Source: Longimicrobiales bacterium | Lineage (GTDB): Bacteria > Gemmatimonadota > Gemmatimonadetes > Longimicrobiales > Gaopeijiaceae | Reading direction: 5' to 3' | Length of the DNA stretch: 64,000 nucleotides | Assembly (NCBI GenBank): GCA_963664435.2 | Contig: CAXXKM010000001.1 | Coordinates: 1,472,001 to 1,536,000 of the forward strand | In this document: positions 41,382 through 51,360 of the stretch, piece after piece | Numbering within the stretch: the stretch's first letter is position 1 | Layout of the letters: each line of letters begins with the position of its first letter | Notes under the pieces: model-generated | Database searches by the model: none | What the model saw: the letters and a program-made list of their open reading frames with translations, nothing else | Told to the model about the DNA's origin: nothing | Translations under genes and position numbers: made by a program

Positions 41382-41865
41382 TCAGCGAGGGCTCCCGCGA
41401 CCGGGCAGCGTCAGCCAGCGCCCGACCCGCTCCATGTACGCCACATACTCCTCTCCGAAACTCCCGCGTGAGGCGGGGCTCCTCGTACAGCCGGATGAAC
41501 AGCGAGAAGAAGACGAAGATCGCGGCGCCGTAGGCCCAAAGGACCGGCGCGCCGTAGAGAATGGCCCAGCCGGCGACCGCGCTCAGCACCGCCACGTACA
41601 TGGGATTGCGCGTGTAGCGGTAGAACCCCCGGGTCACCAGCCGCCCCGGCGCGTCGGTGATCGCGGGGGTGCCCCGCCCGAACGACGCAAAGTCCCACGC
41701 GGAGCGCAGGTAGACGAGGGCGCCGAGCGCCAGGAGCGGGAAGGCGAGGACGCGCGTGGCGCCGCCCCCAGCCGCCCCGTCCCCCGCGATGAGCAGCGGG
41801 ATGAGCACCGCGACGCTGCCGGGCACCACCAGCGTAAACAGGGCCGTCTTCAGAAAGGGGCTCAT
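41382..41865 (-). pseudogene. isoprenylcysteine carboxyl methyltransferase (ICMT/PEMT-like) membrane protein with a +1 frameshift near the 3' end
   Basis: GRGTP...LVTRGFYRYTRNPMY...EEPRL; the expected FGEEY..Y..RV.RW tail continues in another frame after the A3 at 41458-41460. Confidence 0.75.
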
Positions 41866-41881
41866 GTCGTGCCTCAGAAGC

Positions 41882-42982
41882 TCAATCGAAGAGTATCTCC
41901 AGGTCGTCGGAGTTGTGACCGAACGTGCTGAGCAGCCGGTTACAACGTCGTTCGATCGCCTTGGCAGATAGATGCACATCGATGAAGTAGGGAGACCCCT
42001 CGATCTCGCTGGGGGCGCGTAGCTCTTCCGGATCAGCCGAAACCCAGGGAAGCTTTCTGCCACGTAGCTTCAAGGCCTTCTGGAACTCGCTTTCGTGCTT
42101 CTTGAAAAGGGCATGCGCTACGCCAACGAGCACTGCTCGGTGAGTGGTCACGCCGTGCCGCGTTCCCCAAAGCCGATATCCCTTGGGGCTCTTGCCTGCC
42201 GCCCTCCGTTTCTGTTTAGGTTGCCCAACATCAGCAGGTGGCTTCGCGTCGCCGTTCGACGGGTGTTGGTCGGTCGGACTCCCTGTCGCACTCCCCGGAA
42301 ACACAGTCCCGGCAGGCACGGGTTCGCCACGCAGAACGGAGATGATGAGTTCCGGAGCTGGTTGAAGACGCGTCTCGTCGTGAACCCGCCGCGACACCAA
42401 TTCGATGAGCTCCGGATCAGGACCCTTCCGCATTTCGCGCCAAACCTGGGGCGCCCTCTTCCGCAGCTTTTCAAGGTCACGAAGGGCGCGGAGTGCTTCC
42501 TTGGCCCGCTTTTCCGAGCGATGATCCAAGAGTTCTTCCCGCGACAGATAGCTCTCGAAGCTCGCCGCTACGCGTTCGGTCGAATCCGACTTGATGTCCA
42601 ACACCTCGAACCGCCTGCTGCTGGACGGCCCCTTCTCTCTGGGCAGGTAGAACCACCATTGCAGACCATCCGTAAGTGCGCAGATGTCCACACCCACGTG
42701 AAAGGCGTACTCGAGCACCTGATCCAGATGGTCATCAAGCTTTTTCCCGGGCGCCTTTACCTCGATGAACGCGACCACATGGGGCTTTCCGATGAGGGCG
42801 ATGTCGATTCGACGCTGCTTGTTCTTGCTGCCGGCGTTGAACTCCAGCTGGACGCGATCCGGATCGGCCTGATCCCATCCGAGAGCTGTCAGCGTCGGCA
42901 GGACTGCCTGTACTTTCGTGCTCTCCTCGTTGGGGGGCACGGGTAGTGACCGGATGCGGTCGATCGTCTCTCGCAGTGGCAT
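41882..42982 (-). CDS. HsdR_N-type PD-(D/E)xK nuclease fused to a SeqA-like C-terminal domain
   Basis: NEESTK...LGW, IDIAL, FIEVK, QVLEYA, LTDGLQW; C-terminus LRGRKLPWVSAD...PSEIEGSPYFI. Confidence 0.78.
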   Translation of the reverse strand: MPLRETIDRIRSLPVPPNEESTKVQAVLPTLTALGWDQADPDRVQLEFNAGSKNKQRRIDIALIGKPHVVAFIEVKAPGKKLDDHLDQVLEYAFHVGVDICALTDGLQWWFYLPREKGPSSSRRFEVLDIKSDSTERVAASFESYLSREELLDHRSEKRAKEALRALRDLEKLRKRAPQVWREMRKGPDPELIELVSRRVHDETRLQPAPELIISVLRGEPVPAGTVFPGSATGSPTDQHPSNGDAKPPADVGQPKQKRRAAGKSPKGYRLWGTRHGVTTHRAVLVGVAHALFKKHESEFQKALKLRGRKLPWVSADPEELRAPSEIEGSPYFIDVHLSAKAIERRCNRLLSTFGHNSDDLEILFD

Positions 42983-43175
42983 TCCTGGCTCCAGTGCGCA
43001 CGTTGGGGTCGAGCCCTCGGCACAGATCGAAGGAAACTGGGACGTTATCGTAAGAGCCTGCAAGTTCGCCATGCGACGCTGTCCAACCGGTCTTGCATCG
43101 GGTGACCATGATTCATCGGCCGAAACGAGAAGGCAGTAGCCACCACGCCATCACGCCCACAAACGCGAGTTCTCC

Positions 43176-43694
43176 ATGAACCATCCCGGCAACCCCTCCC
43201 TTCCGGTCGTCACCCGCTCGGTCACCGTCCGCGACTTCGTGGTCTTCCAGGCCAAGCTGGCGCTCGACGGGGTCAAGGATGCGGTCATGATCAGCCTGTC
43301 CATCATCGCGGTCGTGATCGACCTGATCGCCGGGGGCGGCAGGCGTCCGCGCCGATTCTACGCCGTCATCCGCCTGTGCTCGCGCTTCGACCGCTGGCTC
43401 AGGCTGCACAGCGCGAAGGGGTTCGACGAGACGGGAGAGCGGCTCTGGCCGGATCTGCCGGGCGGCGAGGCTCGTGAAGGGCGACGCATCCTGGGATCCG
43501 ACGCCGACACGCTGATCGAGAAGGTCGAGGAGCTGGCGCGGCGCGAGAGCAAGTCCGCGGAGCGCTGGCTGGACGATGCGATCGAGCGGCGGCGGGCCGG
43601 GGGGCGCACGCGCAAGGCCCCGGGCCGGGGAACCCCGGACTACGACCGCGACCTCGAGGACTTCGACCGCGACCTCAGGTCGGGCGGGCGCTGA
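43176..43694 (+). CDS. hypothetical protein
   Basis: RDFVVFQAKLALDGVKD...FYAVIR...FDRWL; GC-typical codon usage. Confidence 0.65.
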   Translation: MNHPGNPSLPVVTRSVTVRDFVVFQAKLALDGVKDAVMISLSIIAVVIDLIAGGGRRPRRFYAVIRLCSRFDRWLRLHSAKGFDETGERLWPDLPGGEAREGRRILGSDADTLIEKVEELARRESKSAERWLDDAIERRRAGGRTRKAPGRGTPDYDRDLEDFDRDLRSGGR

Positions 43695-43812
43695 GGGACC
43701 TGCGTTCCCATCTCCACATCTCTGGCGCACATCCCCTCATCGGGGCAGTTTGCGAGGAGAATTCGGACTCGCTTCACGAGGAGCACTCGGACTCACTTCA
43801 GGAGACTGCGCC

Positions 43813-45450
43813 ATGACCCGGAACCACCTTCGCTTCGTCCTCGCCTGCGTCTGTAGCACCGCGCCGGTCCTGCTCGCCCTGGCGCCGGCGCCCCTCTCCG
43901 CCCAACACGACGAGCACGGACCAGGTCCGGCTCCCGACGGCGAGGAGGTCCTGCTCATTTCCTCGGCCCTCGGGCCGTACTCGCGCACCATCACCACCGG
44001 CTCCGAGGCAGCGCAGGCCTACTTCGTGCAGGGCATGCAGCTCATGTACGCCTTCACGCCCTCGGACGCGAACCGCTCCTTCAAGGAAGCTCAGCGCCAC
44101 GATCCCGAGTGCGCGATGTGCTACTTCGGCGAAGCGTGGTCGCTGGGCCGCTATCTGAACGGCGCCATGCTGCCCGAGGACGCCCCCACCGCCTACGCCG
44201 CCATCCACAAGGCGAAGGAGCTGGCCGCACGGTCCGGCACCGAGATCGAGCGGGCCCTCATCAACGCGATGATCGTCCGCTACGCGCCCGAACACGAGGG
44301 CGACGAGCAGCGCCTCGAGCTGGACAAGGCGTACGCCGCCGCCATGGAGAAGGTGTGGGAGGCGCATCCCGGGGACCAGGAGGTGGGGACCTTCTACGGC
44401 GAGTCGCTCATGCTGCTCCAGCCCCGGCGCGGCTACTGGGACATCGAGAACCCCGAGGTGCAGAAGATCCACGCGGTGCTCGAACAGACGCTCGCGCTGA
44501 ACATCGCCCACCCGGGCGCGTGCCATCTCTACGTCCACGCGACCGAACCCACCGCCCGTCCCGGCAAGGCGGAGGCGTGCGCGGACCATCTCGGCCAGTC
44601 GATTCCCGGCGCGAGCCACATCCAGCACATGCCGTCCCATACCTACAACCGGATCGGGCGCTGGCACGACGCGGTGATCGCCAACACGCACGCCTGGCAC
44701 TCCGACCAGAAGGCCAACCACGACCTGGGCTTCGCCATCTACCCGTCGCACAACCTGCACATGCTGCTCTTCGCCGCCTCCATGGCGGGCGAGGGCGCGG
44801 TCGCCATGCAGGCCTCGCGCAACTACGGCAGGCTCGTGTCGGGCGGCAGCTTCTACGAGTCGCTCACCGGCGTCCGCTTCGGTCTCTGGGAGGACGTGCT
44901 TGCCATCGAGGAGCAGCCCGAGCAGCCCCTCTTCGCGGGCTTCTGGGACTTCGGGCGCGGCTTCGCCCATCTGCGCATGGAACGGCCCGACAGCGCCGCG
45001 TTCTACATGGAGCGGCTGAGGGAGGCGCGCGGCGAGCTCGAGGACGAGGCGCCCTTCCGCGGGCACTCGGCCGTCGATCTCATCACCGTCGTGGGCGGGA
45101 TTCTCGAGGGCGAGATCCTTGCCGCCGAAGGCGATGTCGACGGGGCCGTGCGCGTGCTCGAGGAGGCCATCGAGGTCGAGGACGGCCTCCGCTACGACGA
45201 GCCCGAGCCCCTGAACTTCGCGGCGCGCCACTGGCTGGGCGCCATCCTGAACGACGCCGGACGCCACGCGGAGGCCGAAGACGTGTTCCGCGCCGCGCTC
45301 GTGGACCATCCGCACAACGGCTGGTCGCTCTTCGGGCTGGAGCGGGCGCTGCGGGCCCAGGGCCGCGACGCGGACGCCGACGAGGTGCTGGCCGAGCGCA
45401 TGGAGTACTGGGCCAACGCCGATGTCTGGCTGATGTCGGCGCGCTTCTAG
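43813..45450 (+). CDS. secreted TPR-containing protein
   Basis: GGAGA RBS, signal peptide, AQAYFVQG, HPGACHLYVH, HMPSH, P.NGWSLFGL. Confidence 0.85.
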   Translation: MTRNHLRFVLACVCSTAPVLLALAPAPLSAQHDEHGPGPAPDGEEVLLISSALGPYSRTITTGSEAAQAYFVQGMQLMYAFTPSDANRSFKEAQRHDPECAMCYFGEAWSLGRYLNGAMLPEDAPTAYAAIHKAKELAARSGTEIERALINAMIVRYAPEHEGDEQRLELDKAYAAAMEKVWEAHPGDQEVGTFYGESLMLLQPRRGYWDIENPEVQKIHAVLEQTLALNIAHPGACHLYVHATEPTARPGKAEACADHLGQSIPGASHIQHMPSHTYNRIGRWHDAVIANTHAWHSDQKANHDLGFAIYPSHNLHMLLFAASMAGEGAVAMQASRNYGRLVSGGSFYESLTGVRFGLWEDVLAIEEQPEQPLFAGFWDFGRGFAHLRMERPDSAAFYMERLREARGELEDEAPFRGHSAVDLITVVGGILEGEILAAEGDVDGAVRVLEEAIEVEDGLRYDEPEPLNFAARHWLGAILNDAGRHAEAEDVFRAALVDHPHNGWSLFGLERALRAQGRDADADEVLAERMEYWANADVWLMSARF

Positions 45451-45544
45451 ATGCCGACGCGTTTCCAGATGCCGACGCGCTTCCAGATGCGGGGGCGCTT
45501 CCAGATGCGGGGGCGCTTCCAGATGCCGGCGCGCTTCCGGATGC
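45432..45544. repeat. 18-bp tandem repeat x6 starting in the last codons of the TPR gene
   Basis: gatgtcggcgcgcttcta, gatgccgacgcgtttcca, gatgccgacgcgcttcca, gatgcgggggcgcttcca x2, gatgccggcgcgcttccg. Confidence 0.9.
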
Positions 45545-45557
45545 TAGGGTGCCGCTG

Positions 45558-46439
45558 ATGACGGCGCGGGGCGCGCTTCGGGCCGCCAGGACGCTCATCC
45601 CGTCGGGCAGGACGCGCATGTGGGCGCTCGTCCTGGCCACGATATGGACGGGCGCCTCGGCGGTCCTCGCGAGCCCGGCAAGCGCGCAGCGGTGGGGACG
45701 CGGCTGGGGCCGGCGCGCGCCCATGGCCAACCCGGGCGAGGCCGCCGAGTTCGGCTTCACCTTCTGCCGCATCGCCTACCGAAGCGTGCGCAACGAGGCT
45801 CTGGGCCAGGGCTGGCGCACCGACTACCCCAACTCGGACGCCAACTTCTCCCTGCGCTTTTCGCAGCTCACCACCAGCGCGGTCAGCCGCTCCGAGGACG
45901 GGGAGCCCTTCTACGCGGTCGTATCCCTGGAGGACGATCAGATCTTCGAGTGTCCCTTCGTCTTCATGTCGGACGTGGGGACGGTCGGCTTCGACGCCGA
46001 AGAGATCGAGCGCCTGCGCACCTATCTCCTGAAGGGCGGCTTTCTCTACGTGGACGACTTCTGGGGCGAGCGCGCCTGGCAGCACTGGGAGCAGGTCATG
46101 CTGGAGGTGCTCCCCGATCACTTCATCCAGGACGTTCCGAGCGATCACCTGCTCCTGAACGGGCTCTACCAGGTCCGGAACGTGCCGCAGGTGCCCTCGA
46201 TCCAGTACTGGTACCGGACGGGGCGCCAGGCGACCTCGGAGCGGGGGTTCGAGAGCGCCGAAGTACACTTCCGCGCGATCTTCGACGAGGACGGGCGGGC
46301 GATGGTGGTCATGACCCACAACACCGACATCGCGGACGGCTGGGAGCGCGAGGGCGAGGACGAGTCGTTCTTCTTCCGGTTCTCCCCGGAGTCGTACGCG
46401 CTCGGCATCAACATCGTGCTGTATGCGCTGACGCACTGA
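45558..46439 (+). CDS. DUF4159 domain protein
   Basis: FTFCRI.Y, WRTDYP, LRTYLLKGGF..VDDFWG, HNTDIADGWE, GINIVLYALTH. Confidence 0.85.
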   Translation: MTARGALRAARTLIPSGRTRMWALVLATIWTGASAVLASPASAQRWGRGWGRRAPMANPGEAAEFGFTFCRIAYRSVRNEALGQGWRTDYPNSDANFSLRFSQLTTSAVSRSEDGEPFYAVVSLEDDQIFECPFVFMSDVGTVGFDAEEIERLRTYLLKGGFLYVDDFWGERAWQHWEQVMLEVLPDHFIQDVPSDHLLLNGLYQVRNVPQVPSIQYWYRTGRQATSERGFESAEVHFRAIFDEDGRAMVVMTHNTDIADGWEREGEDESFFFRFSPESYALGINIVLYALTH

Positions 46440-46448
46440 TGATTACTG

Positions 46449-46458
46449 GTGATATCAC
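46449..46458. promoter_or_regulatory. palindrome GTGATATCAC upstream of the PQQ dehydrogenase
   Basis: Perfect 10-bp palindrome in a short AT-rich intergenic patch. Confidence 0.4.
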
Positions 46459-46475
46459 TAGCATCTACTGATGAT

Positions 46476-48776
46476 ATGGTAGAGGCCCGGCAACCCCAAG
46501 GTATTACGCTGCGAACGACGTGTCCCGCGGTGACGCCGGCACCGGCCGCCTCACTGCTCGTGGCGCTCGCCCTGGCCGCACCGCTCGCCATCGCCGCATC
46601 GCTCGCCCTGGCCGCATCGCTCGCCCTGGCCGCACCGCTCGCCGGGCAGGAGACGGTGCGCCTGGTTGCCGAGCAGGTGGAAGCCGGGCGCGGGGTGTAC
46701 GACCGCGCGTGCGCGGAATGCCACCGAGCCGACCTGAGCGGCGACTTCGAGGCGCCCGAGCTGGCGGGCAGGAACTTCCGAACCGCCTGGCGCGGCGCCG
46801 CGCTCGGCGAGCTGCTGGCCGTGGTGCGCGACATGCCCCCGGAGGAGCCCGGAACCCTGAGCGAGGCGCAGTACCTGGCGGTGACCGCCTTCCTGCTCTC
46901 GGCCAACGGGGCGGCCGCCGACCTGGGCGCGCTCGCCGACGAGCAGGCGATCGACGACGTGCTGGCAGGGGCGGGTGCGGCAGGCGCCGGAGCCGGGGGC
47001 GCGGGACGCGCCGGTCAGGCCGCCACCGGCCCGGAGGCACCACCTGCGACCGGCGACCCCGCAGGCGAGGGCGTTCCCACCTCCCCGGCCGCCGGCCCGG
47101 AGGAGTTGGTGCGCGCCACCGGCCTCACCACCGTGGAGGGCAGCATCGGCCCTCTTCCGCCGGTGACCGACGCGATGTTGCGCGACCCGGATCCCGCCGA
47201 CTGGCTCATGTACCGCCGCACCTACGACGCGTGGGGGTACAGCCCGCTCGACCAGATCCGGCGCGATAACGTCACCGACCTGGAGCTGGCGTGGGTGTGG
47301 GCCATGGCCGACGGGACCAGCCAGCCCACGCCGCTGGTGCTCGACGGGATCATGTTCCTCGCCAACCCGGGCAACGTCATCCAGGCGCTCGACGCCGCCA
47401 CCGGCGACCTGCTGTGGGAGTACCGGCGCCAGTTCCCCGACCACATCCGTCCGGGCGGCTTCGACCAGCTGCGCAATCTGGCCCTCTACCAGGACAAGGT
47501 GTTCCTCGCCACGAAGGACGCGAGCGTGGTCGCCCTCGACGCGCGCACCGGCAGGACCGTGTGGGACACCCAGGTCGCCGATCCCCGCAAGGGCTACACC
47601 AACGTCGCCGGCCCCCTCGTGGTGGAGGGGCTGGTGGTCAACGGCATCAACGGGTGCGGGCGCTTCCACGAGGACAGCTGCTTCATCACCGCGCACGACG
47701 CCGACACCGGGGAGGAGGTGTGGCGGACCTACACCATCGCGCGTCCGGGCGAGCCCGGCGGCGACACCTGGGGCGACCTGCCCCTCCACCTGCGGGGCGG
47801 CGGGGATGCGTGGACCACCGGCAGCTACGACCCGGCGCTCGGGCTCATCTACTGGGGGACGGCCCAGGCCAAGCCCTGGGTGCCCGCCAGCCGCGGGCTC
47901 AGCGCAGCCGACCCGGCGCTCTATACCAGTTCCACCCTCGCCATGAGGGTTGCCGACGGCTCGCTGGCCTGGTATCGCCAGCACGTCCCCGGCGAGGCCC
48001 TCGACCTCGACGAGGCCTTCGAGCAGCTGCTGGTCGACGTCGATGGCCGCAGGCTCCTCTTCGCCATCGGCAAGCACGGCATCTTCTGGAAGCTCGACCG
48101 CGAAACGGGCGAGTTCCTCGAGCACCGCGAGACCGTCTACCAGAACGTCTTCGACCACATCGACCCGAAGACCGGAGAGGTCACCTACCGCGCCGACATC
48201 ATGAAGGCCGGGGTGGGCGAGTGGATCTCCGTTTGCCCCAGCACAGCGGGCGGTCACAACTGGCACGCGATGGCGTACAGCCCGGAGAACGGCCTGCTCG
48301 TCACCCCGCTCTCACAGAGCTGCCTCGAGATCTCCGGCCGCGAGATCGCCATGGAGGTGGGTTCGGGCGGCACCGGCGCCGACCGCGACTGGGCCGAAAT
48401 GCCCGGCACCGACGGCCGGCTGGGCAAGTTGGCCGCCTACGACGTGCGCACCCTCGAGGAGGTCTGGAGCGTCGAGCAGCGCGCCTCCTTCCTCACCGCG
48501 GCCCTCACCACCGGCGGCGGCCTCGCCTTCGCGGGCGACGTCGACCGCTACTTCCGCGCCTACGACGTCGAAAGCGGCGAGGCGCTATGGGAAACCCGGC
48601 TGGGCACCTCCGTCCAGGGCTTCCCCGTGACCTTCTCGGTCAGGGGCGAACAGTACCTGGCCGTCAGCACCGGCCTCGGCGGCGGCAGCCCCCGCATCGT
48701 GCCCCGGCTGCTGGCCCCGGAGATCCGCCATCCGGCCTCCGGGAACGCGCTGTACGTCTTCAGGTTGCGGGATTGA
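46476..48776 (+). CDS. PQQ-dependent dehydrogenase-family protein with N-terminal cytochrome c domain
   Basis: CAECH heme motif; [39 protein letters not shown]-motif propeller repeats; start uncertain. Confidence 0.88.
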   Translation: MVEARQPQGITLRTTCPAVTPAPAASLLVALALAAPLAIAASLALAASLALAAPLAGQETVRLVAEQVEAGRGVYDRACAECHRADLSGDFEAPELAGRNFRTAWRGAALGELLAVVRDMPPEEPGTLSEAQYLAVTAFLLSANGAAADLGALADEQAIDDVLAGAGAAGAGAGGAGRAGQAATGPEAPPATGDPAGEGVPTSPAAGPEELVRATGLTTVEGSIGPLPPVTDAMLRDPDPADWLMYRRTYDAWGYSPLDQIRRDNVTDLELAWVWAMADGTSQPTPLVLDGIMFLANPGNVIQALDAATGDLLWEYRRQFPDHIRPGGFDQLRNLALYQDKVFLATKDASVVALDARTGRTVWDTQVADPRKGYTNVAGPLVVEGLVVNGINGCGRFHEDSCFITAHDADTGEEVWRTYTIARPGEPGGDTWGDLPLHLRGGGDAWTTGSYDPALGLIYWGTAQAKPWVPASRGLSAADPALYTSSTLAMRVADGSLAWYRQHVPGEALDLDEAFEQLLVDVDGRRLLFAIGKHGIFWKLDRETGEFLEHRETVYQNVFDHIDPKTGEVTYRADIMKAGVGEWISVCPSTAGGHNWHAMAYSPENGLLVTPLSQSCLEISGREIAMEVGSGGTGADRDWAEMPGTDGRLGKLAAYDVRTLEEVWSVEQRASFLTAALTTGGGLAFAGDVDRYFRAYDVESGEALWETRLGTSVQGFPVTFSVRGEQYLAVSTGLGGGSPRIVPRLLAPEIRHPASGNALYVFRLRD
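46564..46643. repeat. 18-bp tandem repeat x4.5 in the signal-peptide coding region
   Basis: cgctcgccctggccgcay units encoding [18 protein letters not shown]. Confidence 0.85.
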
Positions 48777-48827
48777 GTCCGGGAATCGTGCCTCCAGCGA
48801 TTCCTGCTCGCCTTGTCGCTCACCAGC

Positions 48828-48971
48828 TCAACCCCGAGTCTCCAGCGACTCCTCCATGGCTTCCCGGGCAGCCGCCTCGATCGACCAGGGACCCTCGTGA
48901 ACCGCACGGTGATGCCGCCGGCAAAGCAGCAGCGTGTTCCGGAGGCTCGTCTCGCCCCCGTCGGCCCAGTA
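48828..48971 (-). pseudogene. HNH endonuclease C-terminal remnant (DUF222-HNH type)
   Basis: WADGGETSLRNTLLLCRRHHRAVHEG with no upstream body or first His. Confidence 0.7.
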
Positions 48972-49165
48972 CAATCTGCCATTCTCGCCGGGTGGGCCAT
49001 ACCTTGTGCTGCCGTACCAGACTAGCGAGAAGAATCGGACCACGTGGCAGGAAGTCGTGTTGAGCGGCGTGGCTCTGCCGGTGAGCCGACTACACTGCGT
49101 CAACCGACCGAGCTGGGTGAGAGTGTGCGCAGGGTCTCGCTGTGCGAGGCGGGAGAGGAAAGAAC

Positions 49166-49817
49166 ATGGACAACGTCATCGCCGGCATCGTGCTGGCGCT
49201 GATCGGCTTGGCGGTACAACCTCCCGTGAACGGGATCGCCGTCAGCGCCGGCCCGCACTTCTCGCACTACGGCGAGGAACGGACTCTCGGCATGGCGGCG
49301 ACCGTCGCGGCCACCACGTCTTGGGGCCTAGAGCTGGGTGTCGCGTACGCACGCAGGGGCTACGACGACACGAACTGCGTGCGCGGGACGATTTCCCCCC
49401 CCCGACTCCGCAATGGGCATGGACTTCGGGGGAGTGCCGCCCTGCTTCGGTGATGTCCAGCACTTCCACAGGCGGGTCGACTACATCGACGCGAAGCTCC
49501 TCTGGAGACACGACCTCCTGGCGGCTGATCGGCTTACCCTGAATCTCTTGTTCGGCGGACTCGCTGGATTCGCGAGCAGCTGCCTCAACGAGCCCCTCGA
49601 CTCCCATCCAGTCGGCGACTGCCTCACGGACGGTGACGACGTGATTGCCGGACTCGTCGCGGGTGGGGGCACACAGGTTCACATCGCACGCCGACTCGAT
49701 GCCACGCTGGATTTCCAGTTCGCGCACGAGCTCGCTTTCACGCAAAAGGAGTACGCGCATGGCAGGGAGGGGTATCGCACCTTTTCTCTGCTCGGGGGCA
49801 TCACCTACCGGCCGTAG
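49166..49817 (+). pseudogene. small outer-membrane beta-barrel-like protein split by a frameshift in a C9 tract
   Basis: RBS plus signal peptide MDNVIAGIVLALIG; second half in the +1 frame ends TFSLLGGITYRP; removing one C at 49395-49403 joins them. Confidence 0.65.
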
Positions 49818-50146
49818 GTTGGGATCAGGCTGTAGTCTCGACACAGCCCATCAGTCCGAAAACACGCTCCCGGGCTGGGAGTGCCGGTGGCGTGAAGTGC
49901 GGCAGGAAGTCACATAAGTTAATACAGGACTGCACGATCTGCGTTTCTTTGCCGTTGCCGCGGCGGAATCCATGTTACCGGCCATGTAAAACTTCACAGA
50001 AGTAGCCGTCCAAATCTGCACACTTCCGGGTCCGGCGGGCGGTGGCGGTAGGGGGTTGGACCCGAGGTTGGCGGGTATTCCGGGGCTGGCTGGGCACTCT
50101 TGCGTCTCCATTGAACGGAGGAGACGCGGTGATCGGAGGAGGTCCC

Positions 50147-50563
50147 ATGTCCCGTACCGTATTGCTCGCACTCTTGCTCGCAGTTCCCCTCAACGCGCAG
50201 AACCAAGAGGCTCCAGAAGACTCCGGGTTGTACTGGTACGAGAAGGCCGCCGTCGAAGGGTTCCTCACCGGCGCTGTACTAGGGGGGCTCGTCGGCGTGA
50301 TCTACTGTAACTTGGAACCCGACTACATGGATGTCGCGCCACCTCCTGGTAACTGCGAGAACGACCAACGAGAGAGAGAGAGCGTCAAGGCCAGCGCCAC
50401 GATGGCGTTGATTGGATCCCTGGTAGGGATTCCTGTCGGTCTGTGGCTCGGCTCCATCAGGCGAGACGGTGGCAAGGATACCGGAACCAAGCTGCGCGTC
50501 GGACCGGATCCGTATCGGCCGGGAAGGGTCAGCGTCGAGATCCGTCTGCCACTCCAACCCTAA
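50147..50563 (+). CDS. secreted/membrane hypothetical protein with glycine-zipper-like helices
   Basis: GGAGG RBS, signal peptide, GFLTGAVLGGLVG and GSLVGIPVGLWLG. Confidence 0.65.
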   Translation: MSRTVLLALLLAVPLNAQNQEAPEDSGLYWYEKAAVEGFLTGAVLGGLVGVIYCNLEPDYMDVAPPPGNCENDQRERESVKASATMALIGSLVGIPVGLWLGSIRRDGGKDTGTKLRVGPDPYRPGRVSVEIRLPLQP

Positions 50564-50641
50564 CGGGCCTACACAACAACACGCAGCACCGGGCGGAGGA
50601 GGCCCGCGTCCTGGCCAACACGCTGGATGACGACGGGGAAC

Positions 50642-51253
50642 ATGAGAACGTTATCCTTGCTTGCCCTGCTTTCTCTAGCGGCGTGCCGCGATGCGGTCGT
50701 CCCGGTTCCGCCCCCACCGCCCCCGACCCTCACTGTGACGGCCAGGCTTGGCAGGGCCCCGTTTGAGTGGGAATGGCCCTTTGGCTCGGACAACACCGTG
50801 TTGGTCAACAGCTCGCTCGACGACGAGGCCGGCCTCGCCGGCATCGAAGTAGAGATCACCGATGTCGCTGCTGATGGTTTCGTGCGAACGCATCGCTTCG
50901 ACGCTAGCAAGATCAAGGAGGGCGTGACGCCCTACGATGTACCGGAGAGCGGCACCGCGTACGCACTACTGCGGCTGACCCAGCACGATAGCGTCGTCGC
51001 GATGGGTGTTGCCGAATGGCCCCTCCGGCCGGAGATCCGGTGGGAGGTAGAGGTTCAACGATCTCCCTATCCGGCGACGACGGGCATATCGCCTGCGGAT
51101 CTCGGCAAGGCGCAACATGATTGCAGCTGGCGGTGGTGCGACCATATCTGGCGCTTCGACATCAGTGAGGATGCCTTGAACTATCCCGACGAGACGCTCT
51201 GGCTGGTGCTGTGGGGCTTCTGGGACTGCCCGCCGGGTGTCATCTGTTTCTGA
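50642..51253 (+). CDS. hypothetical lipoprotein, Cys-rich C-terminus (paralog A)
   Basis: LAAC lipobox; similarity to the downstream ORF. Confidence 0.72.
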   Translation: MRTLSLLALLSLAACRDAVVPVPPPPPPTLTVTARLGRAPFEWEWPFGSDNTVLVNSSLDDEAGLAGIEVEITDVAADGFVRTHRFDASKIKEGVTPYDVPESGTAYALLRLTQHDSVVAMGVAEWPLRPEIRWEVEVQRSPYPATTGISPADLGKAQHDCSWRWCDHIWRFDISEDALNYPDETLWLVLWGFWDCPPGVICF

Positions 51254-51360
51254 GCGGCTGGCCGTGCCGGGAAACTCTCACGCGACCGGATCCCACGCGG
51301 ACAACCGACAGGCTGGAACGCGGGCGGCATTCGCGCGACGCGGAGGAACAACGCAGGAAC

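Noticed and set aside
45432..45544. Possible CRISPR array (also considered for 52683-52749 and 10299-10420)
   Set aside because: Units are directly adjacent with no unique spacers, and no cas genes are present.
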